Made by a program: the position numbers and the translations under genes. Below, piece after piece: positions 49,115 through 58,291 of a DNA stretch of 64,000 bases. Source of the DNA: Candidatus Eiseniibacteriota bacterium (GTDB lineage: Bacteria > Eisenbacteria > RBG-16-71-46 > CAIMUX01 > VGJL01); NCBI GenBank assembly GCA_041946735.1, contig JBHGAY010000025.1, positions 1 through 64,000 on the forward strand, in the 5' to 3' direction. The notes below the pieces were generated by a model that worked only from the letters and a program-made list of their open reading frames with translations, searched no databases and was not told where the DNA came from. Numbering within the stretch: position 1 is the first letter of the stretch; each line of letters begins with the position of its first letter.

Positions 49115-49585
49115 TCAGCGTACGGGAACCGTCTCGATGTCGGACTGGAGGAGCTTGCGATCCTCCTCGTCGGTGATCCGCTGTCCGGCATCGACGGCGA
49201 GCGCCCGACAGCGGAGAGCCTCCTCCTGGTCGCCACCCACCGCATGCGCGCGGGCGAGCGCCTCGTAGGCGTAAGCCAGGTCGAAGTCGCCGATCGCGTG
49301 CCGCTCGCAGAGATCCAAGCAGCGGCGCGCGTGGTAGAGCGACGGCTCCGCGCGACCGAGAATCGCGTAGACGCGGCTCACCTGCCACTCGCCGCGAGCG
49401 AGATGGACCGGCGTGCCCACCTCTCCCCAGTGGAAGCGCGAAGCATGAGCTGCGTGGATCATGCGATCCGTCTCCTCGACGGTCCGGTCGTTCTTCTCCA
49501 TCAGGGTCCAGACTTCGTTGAAAAGGTCGACGGCGGCCTTCTTGTGGAACGGCTGCAACGCGGGATCGACGATGCGCTTCTCCAT
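49115..49585 (-). CDS. Conserved hypothetical TPR-like protein
   Basis: 'HAAHASRFHW', 'RGEWQVSRVY', 'AYAYEALARA'; GGAGG RBS. Confidence 0.8.
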   Translation of the reverse strand: MEKRIVDPALQPFHKKAAVDLFNEVWTLMEKNDRTVEETDRMIHAAHASRFHWGEVGTPVHLARGEWQVSRVYAILGRAEPSLYHARRCLDLCERHAIGDFDLAYAYEALARAHAVGGDQEEALRCRALAVDAGQRITDEEDRKLLQSDIETVPVR

Positions 49586-49845
49586 GGGATCCTCCCTGCG
49601 CGCGTGCGTTTGCCCGACCGTGTGGAACGGAACGCGGAATCTAGACCACACGGGCGCGGAGGATCAAGCCATCGATCGCGCGCCGCCGCGATCGCGCGCG
49701 GCGTCCTTTGCATCCTGAAGCGTGCCAGCCGGCCCGCGGGCGGGTCGGCCGGCTGACCTCCGGACGAACGGTTGGCGGCGACATGAGCGAGAGATGTGTG
49801 CGCGCGCGCCGGACGGCTACGATCGAGGGCCGGCGGAGCTGTCCG

Positions 49846-50310
49846 TCACGGCTTCCACTCTCCCGCGATCTGCCGCGTCGCGATATTCAGACGGTTCCAG
49901 ACGTTGATGACGGCCGCCGTCAGAACGAGTCCGGCGAGTTCGCGCTCGTCGTAATGACGGGCCGCCTCCTTCCAGATTCCATCCGGAACGGGATCGTCCA
50001 GGCCGCTGAGCCGAGTGATGGCCTCGGCGAGGCCGAGCGCGGCTCGCTCTGCCTCGCTGAAGTAGGGCGACTGGCGCCAGGCCGCGACCGCGAAGATTCG
50101 CTCGTCCGTCTCCCCTTCCTTCTTCATCACCCGGGGATGTCCGTCCACGCACACGGCATCCCCATTGATCTGGCTCGCCCGGAGCTCCATCAGTCGCGCG
50201 GTCTTCGCCGGGAGACCGGTCTGCTGCACAGCCGACGACAGCGCATGCAGCGCCTCCATGGCTCCCGGGACGACGGCCACCGGATTCCTCATACGCGCCT
50301 GCATCTCCAT
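49846..50310 (-). CDS. Carboxymuconolactone decarboxylase/AhpD-like protein
   Basis: 'LRASQINGDAVCVDGH', 'AERAAL', 'INVWNR'. Confidence 0.9.
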   Translation of the reverse strand: MEMQARMRNPVAVVPGAMEALHALSSAVQQTGLPAKTARLMELRASQINGDAVCVDGHPRVMKKEGETDERIFAVAAWRQSPYFSEAERAALGLAEAITRLSGLDDPVPDGIWKEAARHYDERELAGLVLTAAVINVWNRLNIATRQIAGEWKP

Positions 50311-50419
50311 CTCCTCGTCTCCTCCTGCGGCCAGTGGTGCTCGCACCGTGGTTTCCCCTGTGCCGCTGCGGTTTCGGACGTGCCGCTGTGGTTTCGGCCA
50401 CCGAACAGCCGTCGCAGCG

Positions 50420-50480
50420 GTCACACGCGGCCCGCCTGCTTCGTCATTGCCGATGACGGACGAAGACCGGAGGATGTGAC
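50420..50480. promoter_or_regulatory. Two oppositely oriented ECF41-type promoters (GTCACA-N16-CGTC)
   Basis: + strand GTCACA(50420)-16-CGTC(50445); - strand GTCACA(50480)-16-CGTC(50455). Confidence 0.85.
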
Positions 50481-50503
50481 GTTCCTCGAGAACGGGAGGC
50501 AGG

Positions 50504-51469
50504 ATGGATGGGCAGGACTGGCTCACGGCCCGCTTCGAAGAGAACCGGGATCATCTGCAGCGCGTCGCCTACCGGATGCTCGGATCCGCCGCGGAGGCGC
50601 AGGACGCGGTCCAGGAGGCGTGGCTGCGTTTGAGCCGCGCCGGGACGGGCGACGTCCGCAATCTGTCCGGATGGCTCACGACCGTCGTTGCCCGGGTCTG
50701 CCTCGACATGCTGCGCCGCCGGAGATCCCGTCGCGAGGAGCCGTTCGACCCGCTCGACCCGCGCGCCGGCAAGCCGTCTGTTGCGGGCGCGGAGAGCGGC
50801 ACGGCGGCGCGGCGGCCGGATCAAGAAGCGCTTCTTGCCGACTCGATCGGCATCGCGCTCCTCGTCGTCCTCGAGAGGCTGACTCCCGCGGAGCGTGTCG
50901 CGTTCGTGCTGCACGATCTTTTCGATCTCCCCTTCGACGAGGTCGGCCCGATCATCGACCGTACGCCCGCAGCTGCTCGACAGCTCGCCAGCCGGGCACG
51001 CCGCCGGGTGCAGGGGATCGACCAGGATTCCGCCGTCAACGCGATGCCAGACCGCGATCGACAGCGGACGGTGGTGGAGGCCTTTCTCGAGGCTTCCCGC
51101 GAGGGTGACTTCGGTCGGCTGCTCTCGCTGCTGGATCCCGGCGTGGTCGTCAGAGCGGACGGCGCCGCCGTGCGGATGGGAGCCCCCGAGATCGTTCGCG
51201 GCGCGCCAGCCGTGGCGAAGACGTTCGCCGGCCGTGCTCGCGCCGCTCAGCCAGCGCTCGTCGACGGTATGGCAGGTCTGGTGTGGGCCGTCGGCGGCAC
51301 GCCGCGCGTGGTCTTCCGGTTCGTGACGGCAGGCGGACAGGTATTGGCGATCGAGATGCTGGCTGATTTGCGAACTCTGCAGAATCTCGACCTCGTGATG
51401 CTCCGCGGTGCTCGTGACAGCGAAAAGAACGGGGAAACCCAACGCCCGCGGTCCACCGGAAAGGAGTAG
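50504..51469 (+). CDS. ECF41 (SigJ-like) sigma factor with SnoaL-like C-terminal extension
   Basis: 'AYRMLGSAAEAQDAVQEAWLR', 'LTPAERVAFVLHD', 'RQLASRARRRV', 'LLDPGVVVRADG'. Confidence 0.93.
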   Translation: MDGQDWLTARFEENRDHLQRVAYRMLGSAAEAQDAVQEAWLRLSRAGTGDVRNLSGWLTTVVARVCLDMLRRRRSRREEPFDPLDPRAGKPSVAGAESGTAARRPDQEALLADSIGIALLVVLERLTPAERVAFVLHDLFDLPFDEVGPIIDRTPAAARQLASRARRRVQGIDQDSAVNAMPDRDRQRTVVEAFLEASREGDFGRLLSLLDPGVVVRADGAAVRMGAPEIVRGAPAVAKTFAGRARAAQPALVDGMAGLVWAVGGTPRVVFRFVTAGGQVLAIEMLADLRTLQNLDLVMLRGARDSEKNGETQRPRSTGKE

Positions 51470-51628
51470 AGTTTTGCCGCTCGAAAGGGAGGCACATTCG
51501 TTGGCGCGCCGCCAAGACCTGTTTCGCGACAGACGCGACGCTGCGTCTCGCGCAGTCGCGAAGGGCGTTCACTGGACTCGCGTCTCGACGAACGAGAAGG
51601 CGGGGGCAGCACGAGTGGTGACATTCCA

Positions 51629-52051
51629 GTGAACGATATTCCAGCGAACATTCAGATGAACTCGATCGGCGTCGTGCGATCGCGGCTCACGGCGAAGGCG
51701 GACGCGCCGCGACAGGGATCGGAGGGCGCTCCGGAGGCCTGGATCGATATCGACCCGCTCTATTCGGATGCGATCGCCGGGATCGTGAGCGGCGATTGGA
51801 TCCTGCTCCTCACCTGGCTGCACCTCGGCGACCGATCCGTCCTGAAGACCCGCCCGCGCGACGATCCGGAGAAGCCGCTCATTGGCGTCTTCGCCACGCG
51901 CTCACCCGACCGGCCGAACCCGATTGGTCTGCATCGCGTGCGCGTTCTGGAGGTCGCGCCCCCGGCGCGCCTGCGCGTCCATCCCCTCGAGGCGATCGAC
52001 GGAACGCTGATCCTGGATATCAAGCCGGTCCTTCACGAGAACGAGCAATAG
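51629..52051 (+). CDS. tsaA: tRNA (N6-threonylcarbamoyl-A37)-methyltransferase TrmO
   Basis: 'IGVVRS', 'APRQ', 'GVFATRSPDRPNPIGL', 'IDGTLILDIKP'. Confidence 0.92.
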   Translation: MNDIPANIQMNSIGVVRSRLTAKADAPRQGSEGAPEAWIDIDPLYSDAIAGIVSGDWILLLTWLHLGDRSVLKTRPRDDPEKPLIGVFATRSPDRPNPIGLHRVRVLEVAPPARLRVHPLEAIDGTLILDIKPVLHENEQ

Positions 52052-52585
52052 ACCGACTGGGGACGGATGGAGAGGTGGGGCGCCGCGTGGCGCCCGAGCT
52101 GCGGCCGCCGCGGTCGTCGGCCGCGAGTCAACGCCTTCGACCGGGGACGACAGCGGATCATCAAGTCGAAACGCCATGACAAGCCCAATCGACTACTGCG
52201 TCTCCGCTCGGTTCATCGCGGGTGATAGAGTCGGTCGGTCGGTCAGGAGGTAGCCGATGTGGAAAGAAATGCTCACAGTCCGGGCCCGGTGGAAACATCA
52301 GCCGACACATTTCGAGGGTGACCGGTGTCGCATGCGCTTCCTCATCGCTGCACAACCCCAATCCTACTTTTCCTAGCGGCTTAACCCTTCGGAGTACCTC
52401 AACGCAGGCCCCTGGACTGCTGCCAAGTCGGAACCTGCCGATACATGGGAGGGGGAGAACCGGCTCCGTCTTTCGAAAGTTTCTTGACCACCTCCCCCGC
52501 GTGCATCTACCCTCGCTACACGAGAAAGGGGCATCGTGCAGCGGAGCAATGGCTGACCCTTCCACCCCCTAAAGGGAGGCCGCCA

Positions 52586-52927
52586 ATGAAGCCGATCCGC
52601 TCGAGCGCTAAAGCTTGCCGCTGGGGACTGTTCACCATCCTGATGGTAATTGTCCTCATCTGCGGTGCTTTGCCGTCGGCTAACCCCTCCGAGTGCCTGG
52701 CAAAGATTCAGCCGATTTCCATGGCGCCTGTGCATGACGGTGACGGCGACGAATGGCCCGAAAAGACTGAACCCCCCGCACCGGATTTCGATCTGTCCCG
52801 AAACCCGGAACCGACTGAAGTCCCTAACGATTTCTCCGTGAAAGGCATGCGCAACTCCAATCACCCCGCACCACTACCTGTGGTGGCTCTAATCCGTCTC
52901 CTCATCTTCCGGTCGGTCTTCGGTTGA
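52586..52927 (+). CDS. Small secreted or membrane precursor-like protein (113 aa)
   Basis: AAAGGGAGG RBS; signal-like N-terminus; acidic 'HDGDGDEWPE' core; hydrophobic C-terminal tail; stop overlaps the next gene's start. Confidence 0.65.
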   Translation: MKPIRSSAKACRWGLFTILMVIVLICGALPSANPSECLAKIQPISMAPVHDGDGDEWPEKTEPPAPDFDLSRNPEPTEVPNDFSVKGMRNSNHPAPLPVVALIRLLIFRSVFG

Positions 52928-52929
52928 CC

Positions 52930-55224
52930 ATGGATCCAGGATCGACAAGCAGGATCCACAAAGCCGCGAGGTGGCTCTCACTGGCTCGTGTGTACCTTGA
53001 GACCGGAGCGTACGCACAAGCGGAACTTCACGCTCGGAGAGCCCTTTCCGAAACGGACGACGGATACGTCGTCTTCGAATCGATGCTCGTGCTCGTGGAC
53101 GCCCTTCGCAGACAGGGGAAGACCGCGGAAGCAGTCACGGTGCGATCCGAGATTGCGGACCCGGCTGACCCCGTGCTCCAGGCCGAGCTCCGGGTGCTTG
53201 ATAGCAGGCTGCTGATTGACGCTGGCGACTACCATAAGTGCATCGAGGAGTTCGGTCGTTTCGCTTTTGGTTCGACATCGTCGGTCTCGGAGATCTGGCT
53301 GCAAACGAATCTCGCAGAATGCATGACCCGCCTAGGCAAACTCGAGGAAGCGAGGGCGGTGTTCCGCCATGTTGTCCTTGAGTCGGAACGGAATGGATGG
53401 AAGGAGGGTGTAGCCAGGACCGAAATGTGCCTGGGGCTTCTCGCCAATAGAGACCGGAATTGGCCTGAGGCCTTACAGCACCTTAACGCATCGAAAGAGC
53501 TCTATGCCCATTTGGGGCTGATGAAGAACTACATGGCGTGCCTTCTGAACATAGGCCTCATTCACCTCTTGCGGGGGGACTTTACTCGTGCCTGCGACGA
53601 ACTCGGACAGGCCGTCCGAATAGCTAGCGCGATGCACGATCTGCCAATAGAGGTGACCGGGCGATCTGACCTGGGGCTCGCCTTAGTGAGATCCAACCGA
53701 CTCGGGAGCGCTCGCGAGGAGTTGTCTCGTGCGCTCCGTCTCTCCCGTCGACAGCCCTCCCCGCGGCGCCTCGCGATCGCGCTGGAGTACACCGGCGAGT
53801 ACCACATAGCAGCGAAGCAGTACAAGCATGCTGGACGTTTGCTCCAGAAAGCCCTTGAAATAGGCAACCGGATTGCGCCTGGCGGCGACATCGTCCCCGA
53901 AGTCCTGCGTAGGCTTGCAGAAGTCGCCCTCTACGAGAAGCGCTACGAGGACGCCGCGCGAATCGCTGGGGAGGCGGAGCAGAAGGCTCATGCGAACCGG
54001 GATCGCTATGAACTGGCCACGATCCTCCGAGTGAAAGGCCAGATCGCGGACACGACGGGGAGCAAGAAAGAAGCGACGACCTACTGGCGGGAGGCACTAG
54101 CTATCCTCAAAGAACTCGACGAGACGTTCGAGCACGGCAGAGTTCTCAAGCTGCTCGGCATGAAGCAGCCGGGAAGCGGTCCATCCTCCCACAAGCCGTC
54201 CGGTAGCGACTTCCGTGGGACTACCCGGGAGGAGCTGGTCGCGCTCTTGCGTGCGAATGGAATGATCGGAAGCTCCCCGGCGATGGTCGAGGTGATGCGC
54301 CAAGCGCGTCTCTTGGCGCCCACGGACCTCACGCTTCTCGTTCAGGGAGAAACGGGTACGGGGAAGGAGCTGCTCGCCCAGGCTCTCCACAAACTCTCCG
54401 ATTTCAGCGGAAGATTCGTGGCGTTCAACTGCGGGACTTGCCCACCTCACCTCCTGGACGCCGAGCTGTTCGGTCATACGCGCGGAGCATTCACCGGCGC
54501 GCGGACGAGCCGGCGCGGCCTCGTTCGCACCGCGGAAGGCGGGACGCTCTTCCTCGACGAGATTGGGGAGCTTCCCGCGGAATCCCAGGCACGCCTGCTA
54601 CGTCTCATGGATTCTGGAGAGATTCGGCCGCTGGGCTCCGATGAGGTGATGAAGGTACTGGTACGGATCATTGCGGCGACGCACGTCGATCTCGCTGAGC
54701 TCGTCATTGAGGGCCGCTTCCGGCCGGATCTCTTCTTCCGCCTCTCAAACATCCGGTTGGTGATGCCGCCGCTGAGAAGACGCGGCGCTGACATTCGGGA
54801 ACTCATCGAGCATTTCGTCGAAGAAGCGCGGCGTTCGAACCGGCCGAGTTTCCCGGGATTCAGCAAGCCGGTGATCGACGAGTTGCGGCGCTATTCCTGG
54901 CCGGGCAATGTTCGTCAGCTTCGGATGGAGATCCTGCGACTCGCCACGCTCTACGAGGGCGAGGAACCCATGGAGACCTGGCCGAGGCAAGATCAGGATC
55001 GGGATGCTCGAGTGATTCCGCCCATGCAGGCAAAAGGCATCCTCGCCGATCCCGACCGACTCCGCACTCTCATCAGGGACTGCGATGGCGAGATCCAGAT
55101 GGTCGCGCGAAAACTGGGAGTATCTCGCACGGGTCTTTACCGGATCTTCAAGCGCGTAGGTATCGATTCGCGGAAAATTCGATCGGAGATCGACGAGTAC
55201 CGGGACAGAAACTGGCTGATCTGA
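52930..55224 (+). CDS. Sigma-54-dependent enhancer-binding protein with N-terminal TPR repeats
   Basis: About 400 aa of TPR-like helices; 'GETGTGKE', 'ELFGH', 'GAFTGA', 'LFLDEIGEL', 'WPGNVRQL', Fis-type HTH. Confidence 0.95.
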   Translation: MDPGSTSRIHKAARWLSLARVYLETGAYAQAELHARRALSETDDGYVVFESMLVLVDALRRQGKTAEAVTVRSEIADPADPVLQAELRVLDSRLLIDAGDYHKCIEEFGRFAFGSTSSVSEIWLQTNLAECMTRLGKLEEARAVFRHVVLESERNGWKEGVARTEMCLGLLANRDRNWPEALQHLNASKELYAHLGLMKNYMACLLNIGLIHLLRGDFTRACDELGQAVRIASAMHDLPIEVTGRSDLGLALVRSNRLGSAREELSRALRLSRRQPSPRRLAIALEYTGEYHIAAKQYKHAGRLLQKALEIGNRIAPGGDIVPEVLRRLAEVALYEKRYEDAARIAGEAEQKAHANRDRYELATILRVKGQIADTTGSKKEATTYWREALAILKELDETFEHGRVLKLLGMKQPGSGPSSHKPSGSDFRGTTREELVALLRANGMIGSSPAMVEVMRQARLLAPTDLTLLVQGETGTGKELLAQALHKLSDFSGRFVAFNCGTCPPHLLDAELFGHTRGAFTGARTSRRGLVRTAEGGTLFLDEIGELPAESQARLLRLMDSGEIRPLGSDEVMKVLVRIIAATHVDLAELVIEGRFRPDLFFRLSNIRLVMPPLRRRGADIRELIEHFVEEARRSNRPSFPGFSKPVIDELRRYSWPGNVRQLRMEILRLATLYEGEEPMETWPRQDQDRDARVIPPMQAKGILADPDRLRTLIRDCDGEIQMVARKLGVSRTGLYRIFKRVGIDSRKIRSEIDEYRDRNWLI

Positions 55225-55270
55225 ATTCGCCGGCTCATCGACACCTAGCCGGCCGGTTTGCTCGCCTCTT

Positions 55271-55310
55271 CGATCCGACGATCCGACGATCCGACGATCA
55301 GACGATCAGA
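55271..55310 (+). repeat. 8-bp tandem repeat (CGATCMGA)x5
   Basis: cgatccga cgatccga cgatccga cgatcaga cgatcaga; overlaps the stop of the Eis-like gene. Confidence 0.85.
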
Positions 55311-56547
55311 AGGCGTCTCTCATCCAAGGCTCCGGTCCCGCAAAGATCCGTGTCGCGTCCCGGAGCGCCTCATCCCCCGCCTCGATCCAGCCGAGGTCTC
55401 GAAGCTGTCGCGGTGCGAGAAGACCGCTGAAGAGCGGCGCCATTCCCCGAATCGTGGCTCGCAGGTCTCCTCTCCCGCCGCTCACCACCGTCCCTGTGCC
55501 GTCCACCACTCGCAGAATCCACCGCCCCATGTTCGCCGGGATGACCTCGTCGTCGACGTCGAGGTGCAGTTCCGCCTCGAGGCCGGGGGGATACCCGCGC
55601 ATTTCGAGAGCATTCGGAAGGTCGACGATGCGAAGGAGCCAGCGCTCCCCGCGCCCCGACCGGTACACCTGCTCTTCGGGCAAGCAGAGAAGCGGTTCCA
55701 CTTCCGCGCCGTGCCAGGTGATCTCGCGCGCAAGCGACCGGTGATCGGCAAGGAAGGACATCATCCGCCGATACGCGCTCGGCGATAGTGCCGCCCAGTC
55801 ACGCACCCGCATGTCATAGCCGGACGTCCCCGGCGACTGCGTGAAGATGATGTATCCGTCGGGGCTGGCTTCCGAGCCGATCCGGTAGGCATGGACGGCT
55901 TCGCCTTCCCACGATCGCAGGAGCCTCTGCCACAGTCCGGGGCAGCGGTCGAGATTCCCGTTCGTCCGCTCCGCCTGCAGACGCGCCATCGCCGCGAAAT
56001 TCTCGGGTGCAGGCTTCACCGGCTCCATTCGGATCGAGCGATCCCACTTCCCCCAGAACCCGGTCAGCGGCATGGTGTGCTCGGCACGGTTTCCCGCCTG
56101 CTCATAGCCGACCGACCGATACAGATGTTGCGTGGAGGCATACAGCGCGGACAGAGGGTGCCCGTGCGCGTGCAGATCCTCGAGCACACCGATCATGAGC
56201 GCGCGTGCCGCCCCGGTCGCCCGTTCCTCCGGCGGCACGCCGACGGCGGCGATGCCCCCCATCGGGACTCTCCGGCCGCCGAAGTACTGGCCCATCCACA
56301 GAACCGCCAGACCCGCAACCATGCGCCCCTCGGTCCAAAGCGTCCGTAGGTTTGCCTTGCCGACCAGATCGGACCATGGCTTCCACCGGGCGAGCGGGAA
56401 GGCGAAGCATTGCGTGAGGATCTCGCGGAGGCGCTCCTCTTCGACGGACTCGACATCAGGATCGGCAAGCGGTCGGTACTCAAAAGAGGGATCCACAAGG
56501 CTCAAGGCCGGACTCCTTGGTTGATTCTGTTCGGGGCGATTCCCCAT
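55306..56547 (-). CDS. Eis-family GNAT acetyltransferase with SCP2 C-terminal domain
   Basis: 'MGGIAAVGVPPEERATG', 'SALY....LYRSVGYE', 'LRIVDLPNAL', 'LDVDDEVIPAN'. Confidence 0.92.
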   Translation of the reverse strand: MGNRPEQNQPRSPALSLVDPSFEYRPLADPDVESVEEERLREILTQCFAFPLARWKPWSDLVGKANLRTLWTEGRMVAGLAVLWMGQYFGGRRVPMGGIAAVGVPPEERATGAARALMIGVLEDLHAHGHPLSALYASTQHLYRSVGYEQAGNRAEHTMPLTGFWGKWDRSIRMEPVKPAPENFAAMARLQAERTNGNLDRCPGLWQRLLRSWEGEAVHAYRIGSEASPDGYIIFTQSPGTSGYDMRVRDWAALSPSAYRRMMSFLADHRSLAREITWHGAEVEPLLCLPEEQVYRSGRGERWLLRIVDLPNALEMRGYPPGLEAELHLDVDDEVIPANMGRWILRVVDGTGTVVSGGRGDLRATIRGMAPLFSGLLAPRQLRDLGWIEAGDEALRDATRIFAGPEPWMRDAF

Positions 56548-56649
56548 GAGGTTCCGTTGGCCGCATCGGCCCGCTACGGCCGTCTTGGACCCGCGCGCGA
56601 CGGCCGTCACAGACCCCCGCGCGACGGCGATCTTAGCCCGCGCGGCGCG

Positions 56650-57522
56650 CTAGCGGTAGGTCGCCCTGATTGCACCCCAACTTCGGATCTCCACGGCCAC
56701 CGGAACGCACTCGTTGGGCATACAGTCGCTCCACGCGCCCTGCGGCACACCTCCCGAAGCGACGCATTCCATCTCGACCAGCTCCATGCAGCTCCCGTCC
56801 GCGAAGCAGCAGGCGAAGACCGGCGTGTTCGGGCAAGGATTGGGCTCACACAGCGTCCCCGGACCTTCCCACGTCCACGAACCACCCGCCGCGTAGCACT
56901 CCAAGTAGCTCACGGCCCGGCAGACGCCGTCGAGAAAGCAGCACGCCCCGGGGACCGTTTCGCACCGATCCGGCTCGCACGCATGACCGTCGATCACACC
57001 GCCGTCGTTCAAGCATTCCTCGGGTAGCAGGTAGAGTTCGCACGAGCCGTCCTCGAAGCAGCAACCGACGAGCGAGCAGGAGCAGGGATTCGGGTCGCAG
57101 GGGACTCCCTCGGACCACGAGCAGTAGTCCGGGCGCGCCAGGCACTCCACCTCCGTCTCGACGAAGCACTCGCCGGCGTCGAAACAGCAGGCGCCTTGCG
57201 GCGACGCGCAGAGATTCGGCTCGCAGAGGTTCTCCGCGGGAGCGCCACCCAAGTCGTAACAATCCTCGCCGCAGTAGAAGACGCGGCAGGATCCATCCGG
57301 AAAGCAGCAGCCGACCGGCTGCGGGCACGGGTTGGGGTCTCAGTCGGCTCCAGGGTAGAAGGCGCAACCGCCGGTCGCCCAGCAATCCGCCTCCTCTACC
57401 ATTTGGCACGATCCGTCCGGGTAACAGCAGATGCCCACCTCGGCCTTCGCAACACCGGCAACGGCACCGGCCAGCACGATGGCCGACACGACAGCGACAC
57501 CGACGATCGTCACTCGATACAT
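56650..57522 (-). CDS. Secreted Cys-rich repeat protein (G-x-CC-x-x-DG-x-C repeats) with in-frame TGA at codon 61 and C-terminal SWG motif
   Basis: AGAAGGAG RBS; signal peptide; ORF 57340..57522 is in frame with 56650..57252 across the TGA at 57340-57342; six repeats; ends 'VAVEIRSWGAIRATYR'. Confidence 0.8.
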
Positions 57523-57789
57523 GGACGCTCCTTCTGGGACGACGGCGTCTCAAGGCGGGCCGCTAGGATGAATGAGAGGGGGGACCTGGCCCGTAACGGG
57601 GTACGGCCTGCCCCGAAACGAAGCCGAGAAGAGTATATCGCCGAACCGAGCGAGGCGATACGATCCGTTCACCTTGCCGATGGGCCCATGGGCGGCAGCC
57701 CGTTGGACCGGGCGATCGGAGATCGACGGCCGCGCGTTTCATCCTCCTCGCCCGCGTCCGGCCGTGACGGCAAACGTCAGGAGGTGAGA

Positions 57790-58290
57790 ATGTTCCGGAG
57801 GATTGAAGACTTCCTCGTCGGCTACAGGTACGAAAGCCAATCCACCCTGAAGCTGCTCGACCAGCTGACGGACGCCTCGCTACTCCAGAAGGTCACGCCC
57901 GACGGACGCTCCCTGGGACAGCTCGCGTGGCACATCACTCTCACGCTGGGAGAAATGCTCGGACGGACCGGCCTCTCTCCCGCCTGCCCGGGACAAGATG
58001 CCGCAGTGCCGGCGAGCGTCCGGGAGATCCGGGAGACGTACGCCCGCGCGAGCTCGAGCGCCCTCGAGCAGATCGAGGCGCAATGGACCGACACGATGCT
58101 CGACGAAATGCTCGACATGTATGGACAACAGTGGCGGCGCGGAGCGGCGCTCGCCGCGTTCACCGCCCACGAGGCGCATCATCGCGGACAGATGACGGTC
58201 CTGATGCGCCAGGCTGGACTGAAGGTCCCCGGGGTCTACGGCCCGGCGCGCGAGGAATGGGCGGAGTTCCACCAGCCGGCTCCGTGGTGA
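57790..58290 (+). CDS. DinB family protein
   Basis: 'RSLGQLAWHI', 'HEAHHRGQMTVLMRQAG..VPGVYGP'. Confidence 0.93.
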   Translation: MFRRIEDFLVGYRYESQSTLKLLDQLTDASLLQKVTPDGRSLGQLAWHITLTLGEMLGRTGLSPACPGQDAAVPASVREIRETYARASSSALEQIEAQWTDTMLDEMLDMYGQQWRRGAALAAFTAHEAHHRGQMTVLMRQAGLKVPGVYGPAREEWAEFHQPAPW

Positions 58291-58291
58291 G

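Noticed and set aside
52161..52565. Divergent small Cys-containing ORF and a sigma54 promoter near the TPR activator
   Set aside because: No convincing RBS/start, and no good TGGCAC-N5-TTGC match found.
15223..57522. Genome-wide UGA reassignment as the explanation for the in-frame TGAs
   Set aside because: Many well-defined genes here end in TGA, often in ATGA/GTGA overlaps, and Trp is encoded by TGG.
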